Notes under the pieces: model-generated
What the model saw: the letters and a program-made list of their open reading frames with translations, nothing else
Database searches by the model: none
Told to the model about the DNA's origin: nothing
Shown here: piece after piece, positions 27,003 to 35,824 of the stretch
How positions within the stretch are numbered: position 1 is the first letter of the stretch
How the letters are laid out: every line of letters begins with the position of its first letter
Virus record (IMG/VR): IMGVR_UViG_2832142748_000002
Location: 1-64,000 of that record
Strand: one strand, 5' to 3'
Source: a virus
Taxonomy: Duplodnaviria; Caudoviricetes
DNA length: 64,000 bases
Program-made: the position numbers and the translations under genes

Positions 27003-27710
27003 TCAGGCGGCGCGGGCAACCGTGGCCGCGCCTGCCTCAAGGCGCCGCGCGGCGGCCTCGCAGTAGCGCTCTTCCAGTTCCACGCCGACTGCGCGGAGCC
27101 CAAGTGACTGCGCGGCGACGAGCGTGGCCCCGGAGCCGACGAACGGATCCAGGACGAGGCCGCCCGTCGGGCAGGAGCGCTCCAGCAGGTAGCTCAGCAG
27201 GTTGACCGGCTTCTCGGTGGGGTGCGTGCGCGCCCGCGCGGGCACCGGCGGGTAGCCATCGAGGACCGCGCCGTGCCGCTTCCCAGCGAGCGCGCGACGT
27301 GTCGGCCCGGCGCCGTGCAGCACCACCTCGTAGTCCGGCGCGAAGCTGGCGGCGCAGTCACCCATGCCGCCGCGCGCCTTCCACCACATCAGCGCGCCCT
27401 TGATCTTCAGGTGGGCGCTAGCCGCGTCGAAGAAGTCCGGCCAGCTCTCCCAGTGGCAGAAGACGAAGGCGTGCAGGTCCGGCTTCAGCGCGGGCCCCGC
27501 AGCCGTGAGCGCCTGGCGGAAGACGCGCATGCCCTGGCGGGAGCCGTCCGCACGAATGGCGGCGCCGCTCTTCCCCTTTGCCTCGTAGGCCATCCCGTAG
27601 GGCGGGTCGGTGAGGAGCACGTCCACGGATCCGGACGGGAGTCCGGGCAGCGCGTCGCGGCAGTCGGCATGGAGCAGGGTGATGGTGTCGGTCTGGAAGT
27701 AGGGCTTCAC
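27003..27710 (-). CDS. Beta-class N6-A/N4-C DNA methyltransferase
   Basis: TDPPYG precedes HPTEKP and DPFVGSGAT; GTG start at 27710. Confidence 0.9.
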   Translation of the reverse strand: MKPYFQTDTITLLHADCRDALPGLPSGSVDVLLTDPPYGMAYEAKGKSGAAIRADGSRQGMRVFRQALTAAGPALKPDLHAFVFCHWESWPDFFDAASAHLKIKGALMWWKARGGMGDCAASFAPDYEVVLHGAGPTRRALAGKRHGAVLDGYPPVPARARTHPTEKPVNLLSYLLERSCPTGGLVLDPFVGSGATLVAAQSLGLRAVGVELEERYCEAAARRLEAGAATVARAA

Positions 27711-27922
27711 TCTGGGGGCCTCGTCGGGCACGTGGGGCGAGGTGCACCACACGCGCGCGTGGTGCACACGGGATGCCGCTCGGCTGCCATCCTCACTATC
27801 CAGACGTACAGTTCTCAGGAAGGACTGCCACATGGACTGGTAGTCCAAGTCCTTCCGGTGCTTCAGTTCGTCATCAAGCGTGGGACGGGGTGTCTCACGT
27901 CATCGAAGAAAGGAAGTCTGGA

Positions 27923-28246
27923 ATGCCGCACAGCCGTGAAGTCGTAGACCTCATTGCAGAGCTGAAGGCGCAGCGCCCTGTGGGTGAATTCGAAGTCACC
28001 GGACACCACACAGCCGACGAATACATTTGGGTGGCGGTCCGGCACACGGACGGCTCGCCAGCGTGCACCGTGCCGACGAGCATTGTGCCAGCGGATGGCC
28101 TGCAGGGCCTGATTCAGCAGTATGGCCGGCAGGAGTTAACCCGGGGAGCTGGCTGCTTGCCGGAGTGCACACGCTGCTCGAAGGAGATGATCTGGCGGCC
28201 ATTGGACGTGGATGACACCAAGGTCGCGCTCGTCGCCGCTGCGTAG
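27923..28246 (+). CDS. Hypothetical moron protein
   Basis: AAGGAAG RBS, ATG 27923, followed by a terminator hairpin. Confidence 0.55.
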   Translation: MPHSREVVDLIAELKAQRPVGEFEVTGHHTADEYIWVAVRHTDGSPACTVPTSIVPADGLQGLIQQYGRQELTRGAGCLPECTRCSKEMIWRPLDVDDTKVALVAAA

Positions 28247-28262
28247 CCCCCTCAAGCAGCAA

Positions 28263-28293
28263 CGGCCCGCCCCGAGTCATCCGGGGCGGGCCG
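28263..28293. terminator. Bidirectional terminator-like hairpin
   Basis: Perfect 12-bp stem cggcccgccccg/cggggcgggccg between convergent genes. Confidence 0.6.
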
Positions 28294-28300
28294 CAGCGCT

Positions 28301-28485
28301 TCATCAGCCGAACGTCCATCGCACGCCCGCGCCAGCCATCCGCTCGCGCTGATTGGCCTCCACGAAACCGAAGACGCCCAGGTTCTGCCGGAGCCGCGCC
28401 CCACCCTCCAGGCGCGCGTAGGCGCCCGTAAGGGAGGTGACGCCCGCCTGGGCCTCCAGGTAGCCCGAACCGGCATGTCAGACCA
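28301..28485 (-). pseudogene. Displaced 3' remnant of the small beta-rich lysis-region gene
   Basis: SDMPVR-(frameshift)-GYLEAQAGV...FGFVEANQRERMAGAGVRWTFG* parallels SDVPVRHGYAEI...FAFAEASSGTRMAGAGLRWLF*. Confidence 0.65.
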
Positions 28486-28502
28486 ACGTCGTAGGTTGGG
28501 CC

Positions 28503-29144
28503 ATGTCAAACTGCCCGCCAAAACCTCGGAAGCGTCGCAATGTTGCCGAGCGATTCTGGGAAAAGGTCCGCAAGGGAGAGGGGTGTTGGGAGTGGGCCCT
28601 TGCCCACCTGCGGGGATATGGGGTCTTCACAGCGAACGGAAAGCACCTGCGGGCGCACCGGGTCGCATGGGAACTGACCAACGGTCCCATCCCAGATGGC
28701 ATGTTGGTCTGCCACCACTGCGACAATCCTGGGTGCGTCAGGCCCGACCATCTCTTCCTGGGCTCAAATGCCGACAACAGCTCAGACAGGGACTCAAAGG
28801 GACGCCAAGCCCGTGGCGCAAAAGTTGTGCCGCTCACCCTCCCACGCGGTGACGAGCACTGGACTCGTCGTCAACCCGATCGCCTGCAGCGTGGTGACGC
28901 GAATCCGTCTCGAAGGCTTCGGGAGAAGCTCAAGCGCGGCGAGTCGCATCCAAAGGCGAAGATCACCCGCGAAGTTGTTCTTGAAATCAGGGCGGCTCAC
29001 GCCGAGGGCGTCTTGGCCAAAGCTCTGGCGGAACGCTTCGGCGTAAGCCGTCATCTGATCTACCGAGTCGTCAAGAAGACGTTATGGGCGCACGTCGTTT
29101 CAGAAAAGCCACCTGAGCCCGGCCCCTGCCATCCGGGTTCCTGA
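28503..29144 (+). CDS. Free-standing HNH (homing-type) endonuclease
   Basis: RFWEKV...CWEW...GYG...RAHRVAWEL..GPIP.GMLVCHHCDNPGCVRPDHLFLGSNADN. Confidence 0.9.
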   Translation: MSNCPPKPRKRRNVAERFWEKVRKGEGCWEWALAHLRGYGVFTANGKHLRAHRVAWELTNGPIPDGMLVCHHCDNPGCVRPDHLFLGSNADNSSDRDSKGRQARGAKVVPLTLPRGDEHWTRRQPDRLQRGDANPSRRLREKLKRGESHPKAKITREVVLEIRAAHAEGVLAKALAERFGVSRHLIYRVVKKTLWAHVVSEKPPEPGPCHPGS

Positions 29145-29330
29145 CGAGGCTTCGGCGAATGCGAAGGCGCCGAGATGGTTGGTCGGTCGATAGCCAACCT
29201 CTCCGCGAACTCGCCATCCGCTACCCGATGCCACGGTGGCGGTGATCTCGGCATACCCGTGGCGCACCGGCACGTCGCTCAGCACCCGCGACAGCCCCGC
29301 GGCGACTTCTACCCGCGGGGCATCGAAGGG
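29100..29330 (-). CDS. Small beta-strand-rich protein (start uncertain)
   Basis: PFDAPRVEVAAGLSRVLSDVPVR...MAGAGLRWLF*; has a paralogous remnant at 28301-28485. Confidence 0.5.
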   Translation of the reverse strand, partial: PFDAPRVEVAAGLSRVLSDVPVRHGYAEITATVASGSGWRVRGEVGYRPTNHLGAFAFAEASSGTRMAGAGLRWLF

Positions 29331-29839
29331 ACCGCCGCCACCGCCGCCGTGGCGACCGGGCCCAGCGCGGCGGTGCTGCCGATGGCGCCGAGCGCGAGCT
29401 CCAGCGCCTCCGCGCGCACCTTCACGTCGGCCTTCTGCGCGCCGTGGATGGAGGCGAACTCCAGCTTCACGGCCTCCTGCTCCCAGGGCTTCAGCGGGCG
29501 CCAGCCGTTGGCCTTCAGCCAGGAGTCCGCCACCTCCAGGCCCTTGGCCACCTTGTCGAGGGCGTTCTCCTCCTCGTCCATCGCGGCGAAGTCCTCCACC
29601 ACGTGGAAGGCATGGAAGGCCACGGTGGCGACGATGCGCTTGCGCCGGGTGGTAAGCCAGGTGCCGCCGGCGAAGAGGCCGACGGCACCGGCGACGATGC
29701 CCAGGCCGATGCCGATGTTCCCCGGTGTGAACAGCGCGTCCAGGATGCTGGAGCTGGCGCCGGTGGACGCCTGGGCCAGGGCCGCCGGAGCGGCGAGGAC
29801 GACCGGGAGACACGCGGCCAGGGTGAGACGCTTCTTCAT
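29309..29839 (-). CDS. Holin-like membrane protein
   Basis: Two N-terminal hydrophobic segments, a basic TTRRKR stop-transfer, and an LL-H-holin-like tail; lies in the lysis region. Confidence 0.6.
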   Translation of the reverse strand: MKKRLTLAACLPVVLAAPAALAQASTGASSSILDALFTPGNIGIGLGIVAGAVGLFAGGTWLTTRRKRIVATVAFHAFHVVEDFAAMDEEENALDKVAKGLEVADSWLKANGWRPLKPWEQEAVKLEFASIHGAQKADVKVRAEALELALGAIGSTAALGPVATAAVAAVPSMPRG

Positions 29840-29915
29840 GGGGTGCTTCTCCTTCTGGGGTGTGGGGCTCCCGGGAGCGCCCCGGGCGAGCGCCGGCAGC
29901 TGCCGGAGGAAGACG

Positions 29916-30410
29916 TCAGACGCGCGGCATCCAGTTCCAGCAGCCGGGCACGGGCGCCTCGGTGGGGGCCTGGGACACGTCGGACGCCGTGAAGGGCAGG
30001 AAGCGGGGCGGCTTCACCAGGAGCTCCACGGTGCCGTCGTCGTTGACGGCGGTGATGTCCGCCGCGCACACCACCTCGTCGCGCTGGTAGTGGACGGCCC
30101 GGCCGACGCTGGGCTTCTGCCCGGGCGGCACCATGGGAGCGCCGACCGGGCCCGGCGGCACCGCCACGGACGCGACCGGGGTGTTGATGGCCTCGGCCAC
30201 CGCGAGCCAGCCGGCGCGAACCAGCGCGGAGCACTTCTCGAACGGGGGCAGCTCGGCGCCCGTCACCGCGGAGCGCCCGCCGGTGACGCTGCCGTAGCAG
30301 GTGTAGAGCGTGAGGGCCGTGGCGAGCTTGCCGGGGCTGGCCTGGGCCAGAGCCCTTTCGGCGGCGGTGATGAGATCGGCGGGCGGCGTGTACGGCGCGG
30401 GTGAGGACAT
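29916..30410 (-). CDS. Phage hypothetical protein
   Basis: KPSVGRAVHY...AADITAV...W.WMPRV motif common in phage ORFs. Confidence 0.6.
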   Translation of the reverse strand: MSSPAPYTPPADLITAAERALAQASPGKLATALTLYTCYGSVTGGRSAVTGAELPPFEKCSALVRAGWLAVAEAINTPVASVAVPPGPVGAPMVPPGQKPSVGRAVHYQRDEVVCAADITAVNDDGTVELLVKPPRFLPFTASDVSQAPTEAPVPGCWNWMPRV

Positions 30411-30509
30411 GCTGGTGCTCCTGGTGGTGCTGCGGGTTGGACGTCGGGAAAGAGATTCGGCGGCACAGCGGCACCCGAAGAGAGCGCGCCATGGGCAGGC
30501 AGGTGCAAC

Positions 30510-30998
30510 TCAGGAGACGAAGGGCAGGCGCCGGAAGCCGAGAACGTCGGGGCGGTACTCCACGCGGGTGAAGGACTTCACCTTCGCGTCCGCGCGCACC
30601 GCATCGTCCAGCGTGAGCGTCTTGCTGCCGCCCCCGGAGGCGCCCACCACGACTCCCGCGCCCACGTGCACCATGACGTGGTCCGGATCGCCGGCCTTGC
30701 CGTACAGCACCAGGTCTCCAGGCTGCAGGTCCGCCGCGCTCGCCACCGGAGCGCACTCCGCCCACAGCCGGTCCGTGTTGTGCGTCGCGCGCCAGTCCTT
30801 CCCGCCCACCTGATTGAAGCACCACGTCACGAGGCCGGAGCAGTCGAAGAGGCGCGGGCCATCCGCCGCGGCTCGCTGGCCCTTCGCGCCCCAGCGGTAG
30901 GGCGAGTGCATCTGCGCGAGGACGAGCTGAAGGAAGGCGGCGCGCTGCGAGGTGATAGGCATGGTGAGGCTCCGGCTGCTGGGAGTAGGCGGCGTCAT
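30510..30998 (-). CDS. NlpC/P60 cell-wall peptidase (endolysin)
   Basis: PYRWGA...FDCSGLV...LQPGDLVLY...DHVMVHVG. Confidence 0.85.
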   Translation of the reverse strand: MTPPTPSSRSLTMPITSQRAAFLQLVLAQMHSPYRWGAKGQRAAADGPRLFDCSGLVTWCFNQVGGKDWRATHNTDRLWAECAPVASAADLQPGDLVLYGKAGDPDHVMVHVGAGVVVGASGGGSKTLTLDDAVRADAKVKSFTRVEYRPDVLGFRRLPFVS

Positions 30999-31078
30999 GG
31001 AGAAGCGCTGACCCAGACCGCCAGGACGAGGGCGGCGCACACGGCGAGCATGTGCGCGGCGAAGAGGGAGAGGCTCAC
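30995..31078 (-). CDS. 27-aa hydrophobic peptide coupled into the lysis cassette
   Basis: MSLSLFAAHMLAVCAALVLAVWVSASP; GTGA overlap upstream and ATGA overlap downstream. Confidence 0.5.
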   Translation of the reverse strand: MSLSLFAAHMLAVCAALVLAVWVSASP

Positions 31079-31632
31079 CGGCGCCTCATGGGGGAACCGG
31101 GCTCGGACGCGTCCTGCGTGAGCTGGTGCTGGGCGGGCGCCTGGGCCTGGACGAACCAGCGGCCGCAGTCGCGCAGCCCAGCGAGCCCCAGCAGGCCGAC
31201 GACGACGCCCACCACCCACAGCGCCCCAGCCTGACGGGAGTTCCGGTGCTCCTGCGCGTCCTGGCGCTCCCGGATGGCGGGGATGGCCTCCACCGCAACC
31301 CCGTGGGCGGCCGAGGACTTCTCCAGCGCCTCCACCTTCGCTGCCAGCCCGGGCACCGCACCGACGGCCGGCGCGTGCTCCGTCACGCGCCGGTCCACCT
31401 CCATGATGCGATCTTCCAGGCGGCGCACCTGCTCGGCGGTGGCCATGCGCTCGCCGACGCCGCGCACCTCCGTCTGGACGCCCTCCATGAGCCGGTGGAG
31501 GTCCACCGCCATCCGCTCGGCGGCTTTCAGCGCCGTGCCTGCGCGCTCGTTCGTCGCCTCCTGCTGGGCGGCAAGCCGGGCGAGGTCCTCACGGACAGTG
31601 TTGTCGGGGGTACGGCGGGGAGCGGGGGGCAT
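31075..31632 (-). CDS. Coiled-coil protein with a C-terminal TM (XhlA-/holin-like lysis accessory)
   Basis: Long heptad region followed by ALWVVGVVVGLLGLAGL. Confidence 0.6.
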   Translation of the reverse strand: MPPAPRRTPDNTVREDLARLAAQQEATNERAGTALKAAERMAVDLHRLMEGVQTEVRGVGERMATAEQVRRLEDRIMEVDRRVTEHAPAVGAVPGLAAKVEALEKSSAAHGVAVEAIPAIRERQDAQEHRNSRQAGALWVVGVVVGLLGLAGLRDCGRWFVQAQAPAQHQLTQDASEPGSPMRRR

Positions 31633-31824
31633 ACCGCCGCATGGTCAACGCTCGCGTGGACGGTGTCCGGCGGCACTTGTGCGAGCCCGCCCACCGAATC
31701 AGCAGCAAACAGGAGTCGTAGACGCCCCAGGAACACAGGTTCAGATGACAAGCAATAAGTCCGTTCTATAGCGTCTGCCGGAACGCAGGCTCTCTACTTA
31801 GCAATCGGACTCTAAAAACCATCC

Positions 31825-33108
31825 ATGCGAATCATTGAAGAAATCGACAGTGGCGGCTTCGGCAAAATCGAGAAAGTAGAACTCTCAGACGGCACAATCG
31901 CCGCAAGAAAGACTTTCTCACCCAGCGTCAAGGTGGCAACCAATGAGGAGCGCGAGAAGCTAAGAAAACGATTCTGCCGAGAGGTGCGAATTCAGCGCGG
32001 ACTATCGTCCGACCTGTTCCTGCCGGTGCTTGACGCCGATCTTAACGGGCCCGCACCTTGGTTCACAATGCCGCTCGCCGACAAGTCATACATTGAGCAG
32101 ATCGAAGAAGACAAGCAGTCCGGGATCATTACCAGCGAAGCTCTTGCAGACATTCTTAACGGATTAGAGGAACTACACAGGCTTGACTATGTACATCGTG
32201 ACTTAAAACCCGCGAACATCCTTCTTCACGAAGGAACATGGAAACTGGCCGATTTCGGGTTGGCCTTGCCTCCGAACGGAGGGACATCCAGACTGAGTTC
32301 GCAGTATTCAGCGTGGGGCTCAGAACACTATGCAGCCCCCGAACAATACACCGACTTCTCAAACGTTCGACCTTCTGCCGACATCTACTCGTTCGGCTGT
32401 ATTCTTCACGATCTCGTAGCAAACGCGAGCAGAATCCCTTATCAGCGGCAAACCTGTAGCGGGCCGTTCGCCCCAATCATAGAAAAATGCACCGAAACAA
32501 TCCCAACAAAGCGCTTCAAGACAATTAGCGGGCTTCGATCCGCACTTCTAGGTCTCCTCGCTCAGCCGAACAGCATCAAGATCTCTCTCGAATCAGGGGA
32601 GTGGATCAAAGAACTCGACTCAGTCAACACCTGGACAATCGAAACTGTCGCAAACTTCGAGCGCTACTTAAAAACAACCGACACGGAGCAAAAATGGGCC
32701 ATCCTGGATAAGTTCAATGAAGAAACTATCACCATCCTGTCGAAACTCGACCCAGACCTTTGGCTGTCGCTAGGGCTGGTTTATTCCGACTGGGCACGCG
32801 GATCATTCGACTTCTCATACTGCGACGTGGTTGCAGTGCGCCTGCTCGCCATCTTCAAGTCGACAAGCTCACTGGAGCTCAAGGCATCCATTGCGCTTTC
32901 CCTTGCCGAACTTGCATATTCCCACAATCGCTGGTTCGTCATGGAACGACTATTCACGATTTGCGGTCACAGTTGCGACGCAGCCGCAGCCGCTCGAATC
33001 GCTCTTGAGATCCAGGCAGAGGAGTTTCAGAGGCCATTCAAGAGATGTGCAGAGGGAATTCGGCGCACGCCAACCATGTTCCATCCAATTATCGCAGGTG
33101 TCCTCTGA
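31825..33108 (+). CDS. Hanks-type Ser/Thr protein kinase moron
   Basis: SGGFGKI, AARK, VHRDLKPANIL, ADFGLA, YAAPEQ, ADIYSFG; lower GC; antisense to the late operon. Confidence 0.92.
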   Translation: MRIIEEIDSGGFGKIEKVELSDGTIAARKTFSPSVKVATNEEREKLRKRFCREVRIQRGLSSDLFLPVLDADLNGPAPWFTMPLADKSYIEQIEEDKQSGIITSEALADILNGLEELHRLDYVHRDLKPANILLHEGTWKLADFGLALPPNGGTSRLSSQYSAWGSEHYAAPEQYTDFSNVRPSADIYSFGCILHDLVANASRIPYQRQTCSGPFAPIIEKCTETIPTKRFKTISGLRSALLGLLAQPNSIKISLESGEWIKELDSVNTWTIETVANFERYLKTTDTEQKWAILDKFNEETITILSKLDPDLWLSLGLVYSDWARGSFDFSYCDVVAVRLLAIFKSTSSLELKASIALSLAELAYSHNRWFVMERLFTICGHSCDAAAAARIALEIQAEEFQRPFKRCAEGIRRTPTMFHPIIAGVL

Positions 33109-33129
33109 AGCTCAGAGCCGAGCAAGTCG

Positions 33130-33669
33130 CTAGTTCGTTGCCCCAACGGCTCTGTCCTTTCCGACGCCAAGCAACCAGTCGCGAAAGGCGGGCCAGGAGT
33201 CCTCAGTGATGAGTCCGCGTGCGGCAGCGTTCGCCTGCCACTCGCGGATGAGCCCGTCACCGCGCTGGAGCAGCCAGGGCCGCCCGAAGGCGGTCCGCTG
33301 CTCCAGCATGTACTTCTCGAACTCGGCCACCGTCTGCTCGAACGTGGCCAGCGGGTTGAAGACGAGCCAGTCGTAACCCTTGTCCTTCGCGTAGAAGCGC
33401 TCGTCCTGGCCGACCATCTCTACGGTGGAGTACTTCCCCCAGTCGTCGCTGCTGCCGGGGGCCGCGCCCGCGGACTCCAGCTGCACCAGCTCCTGCTCGA
33501 GCGCCGACTTCTTCACCAGCGTGGCGGAGTTCACCTCAGCGGCCGCGCGCGACAGTGCGGCTGAGGCATCGAGCTGCCCCTTGATGCGGGCGATCTCCAG
33601 CCGCAGGTCCCGCTTTCGGGCCTCGTTGGCGTTGATGGTGTAGACGTCGCTCTGCGTGAGGGTGGGCAT
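33130..33669 (-). CDS. Tail-associated hypothetical protein
   Basis: Directly follows the tail fibre gene with a GGAG RBS. Confidence 0.65.
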   Translation of the reverse strand: MPTLTQSDVYTINANEARKRDLRLEIARIKGQLDASAALSRAAAEVNSATLVKKSALEQELVQLESAGAAPGSSDDWGKYSTVEMVGQDERFYAKDKGYDWLVFNPLATFEQTVAEFEKYMLEQRTAFGRPWLLQRGDGLIREWQANAAARGLITEDSWPAFRDWLLGVGKDRAVGATN

Positions 33670-33678
33670 GGCCGACTC

Positions 33679-35814
33679 CTAGATGGGCTGCTTGATGTTG
33701 TGGCTGAGGAGGCCCGCGGACTCGTACGTCCGGGCCCCGTGCACGGTGAGCTTCACGACGGCGCCCTCCCCTTCCGGCGCGACGCGCCGCACGAGCCCCG
33801 GGCGCAGGCCCTCCAGCAGCTCGCCGGGCCGAAGCGCGCGGACCTGCGTCCAACCTGCGAAGCGCCGGTAGACGAGGTGGTTGGGCGTCGCAACCAGGAC
33901 GCGGCCATCCGTCAGCTCCACCCGCCAGCGCGCGGCCCGGTGGCTGGAGGCGGCCGTCACCTCAAAGGTGCCCACCCGGCGCGTGTCCTCGTGCTGGGTG
34001 AGGACGCGCATGCCGGGGCGGATGGACGCCGCAGGCACCTCCTGCCCGTCCTCCAGCGTGATGAGCGTCTCGGGCGCTACGCATGTGCCGCCCGTCCCGC
34101 CGGAGCCGCCGCCGCCGCCACCCGCGGGCGCGCCACTGAAGGGCGAGGTCGTGGACTTCGCGAAGTTGATGCCCAGCCCGGCGCCGAACGTGGGGGTGAA
34201 CCACATGGAGGCGCTCACGCCGTAGACGCCGTGCACCTCGCACAGGAGCGCGACGTACTCTCCCAGGTTCTGGCCGTAGAGCCCCGAGAGGGCCGCCGGG
34301 TACTGGAAGGTGTGGGTGATGGCGATGCGGTTGACCGCGTTGCCGTCCACTGCGGCGGCGTACTTCCGGTCCGCGAGGGTGATGTAGCGCGTGCCCCGGT
34401 ACGTGGCGCTGACGCTGCTGTAGTAGTCCACCTTGAGGTAGCGGAGCGCGTCGAGGTTGTCGTCGATGCTGGAGGGCTGGATGAAGAAGTGGTGCACCAG
34501 CCAGGAGTGGACGATGGGCGTCGTGTACCGGAAGTAGTCCGTGCACTGGACGTCCAGCCGGTCAATGAGCGGCGCCCCGCCGCGCACGCCCGTGTTGTTG
34601 CTCCCCCGGTAGTGGACGCGCCCCGCGGCCGATGTCCCATCCAGCGCCTGGTTGGCCCGGAAGAAAGGCGTGTCCAACAGGTAGCTACCAATCTGCACGT
34701 TGCCGCCGGCCGCCTTGAAGGCGGTGCCCACGTTGTCTAGCTTCGCCCCGGCGACGGGCACGCCGTTGCCGTCCTCCGCGTAGTTGGACGTCTGGAGGGT
34801 GTTGGCCACAAGCAGGTCGAACGTCACCATCTTCCGCATGGAGATGGCGTCCAGGTACACGGCCTTGCCGGCGTCCGCTCCCACGGCATTGAGCTCGAAG
34901 TACAGCTGCACGCCGGTGCACCCGGCCGGGCACGTGCCCTTCAGCTTCACGCGCTGGTAGCCCGTCGTGAGCGTGACGGCGACGGAGGTGATCTGACCGT
35001 CGTAGCTGCCGCTCGCCCCCTCCCAGAGAAGGAAGAGCGTCGCGCCAGACTGGGCGAGCGCGGCCGAGGACTTCACCCAGGCCTCGGCGTAGAACTGATC
35101 CCCAGCGGTGCACTTGATGCGGCCACCGGGTGCGGTGCTCCGGTAGCCGCCGATGAAGTTGAGGCCCACGAAGCCGCCCCCCACGGGCACGGGCAGCTTG
35201 CGGCACCAGCGCCCCTCCTTCGCGCTGGAGGGCTCCTCCACCAGCCTGTCACCCTCGGGGGACTGGCCCAGTGCGGCCGCGCCGGCTTCCGAGTACCCGT
35301 TGGGCACCAGGTTGTCCGTGGGCGGCAGCAGCAGGTGCGTGAAGCTGATGGCCGCCGCCGCCACCGCGGCGCTGGTGACGGAGCTCGCCGACATGTGCCG
35401 GGCGTAGACGCTCCCCGTCGGCACATTGGAGAGGTCCGCCACTGCCATGGTGAGGGTGTCCGGGTCCGCCACCACGCTACCGCCGAGGACGCGCCAGTTG
35501 CTCTGGCTGCCGTTGGTGTAGAGGGCCTGGACAGCGCACTGCACCTCCGTCGGCAGCTTCAGCTTCAGCGGCGCCACCCACCGTCTCTCGGAGGGGCCGA
35601 ACTTCCGGGGCTCCAGCAGGTAGCTGTCCGTGTTGTTGGGGTCGCTGCCCTCGTAGACGACGACCTGGAAGCCCGCGAGGAGGTGCGCGGGGAGCACCTC
35701 CTCGTGCGTCCAGCGGATGTCCAGGTAGCGCGACTTGACGAGCTGTGGGGAGCGGACGCCGTCCACCTCCCGGTCGTAGACGCCGGCCGCTTCTTCCTGC
35801 TCGCGCGAGCGCAT
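33679..35814 (-). CDS. Tail fibre / receptor-binding protein with a C-terminal Hint domain
   Basis: FN3-like N-terminus, CBM-like segment (NLVPNGYSE), Gly linker, Hint C...ATPNH...LLSHN (33697-34083). Confidence 0.8.
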   Translation of the reverse strand: MRSREQEEAAGVYDREVDGVRSPQLVKSRYLDIRWTHEEVLPAHLLAGFQVVVYEGSDPNNTDSYLLEPRKFGPSERRWVAPLKLKLPTEVQCAVQALYTNGSQSNWRVLGGSVVADPDTLTMAVADLSNVPTGSVYARHMSASSVTSAAVAAAAISFTHLLLPPTDNLVPNGYSEAGAAALGQSPEGDRLVEEPSSAKEGRWCRKLPVPVGGGFVGLNFIGGYRSTAPGGRIKCTAGDQFYAEAWVKSSAALAQSGATLFLLWEGASGSYDGQITSVAVTLTTGYQRVKLKGTCPAGCTGVQLYFELNAVGADAGKAVYLDAISMRKMVTFDLLVANTLQTSNYAEDGNGVPVAGAKLDNVGTAFKAAGGNVQIGSYLLDTPFFRANQALDGTSAAGRVHYRGSNNTGVRGGAPLIDRLDVQCTDYFRYTTPIVHSWLVHHFFIQPSSIDDNLDALRYLKVDYYSSVSATYRGTRYITLADRKYAAAVDGNAVNRIAITHTFQYPAALSGLYGQNLGEYVALLCEVHGVYGVSASMWFTPTFGAGLGINFAKSTTSPFSGAPAGGGGGGSGGTGGTCVAPETLITLEDGQEVPAASIRPGMRVLTQHEDTRRVGTFEVTAASSHRAARWRVELTDGRVLVATPNHLVYRRFAGWTQVRALRPGELLEGLRPGLVRRVAPEGEGAVVKLTVHGARTYESAGLLSHNIKQPI

Positions 35815-35824
35815 GCCCTCCCAT

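Noticed and set aside
29100-29839. Programmed frameshift fusing the holin-like protein to the beta-rich ORF
   Set aside because: No convincing slippery heptamer, and the predicted topology of such a fusion is implausible.
33679-35814. Diversity-generating retroelement acting on the tail fibre
   Set aside because: No reverse transcriptase and no TR/VR repeat pair were seen in the window.
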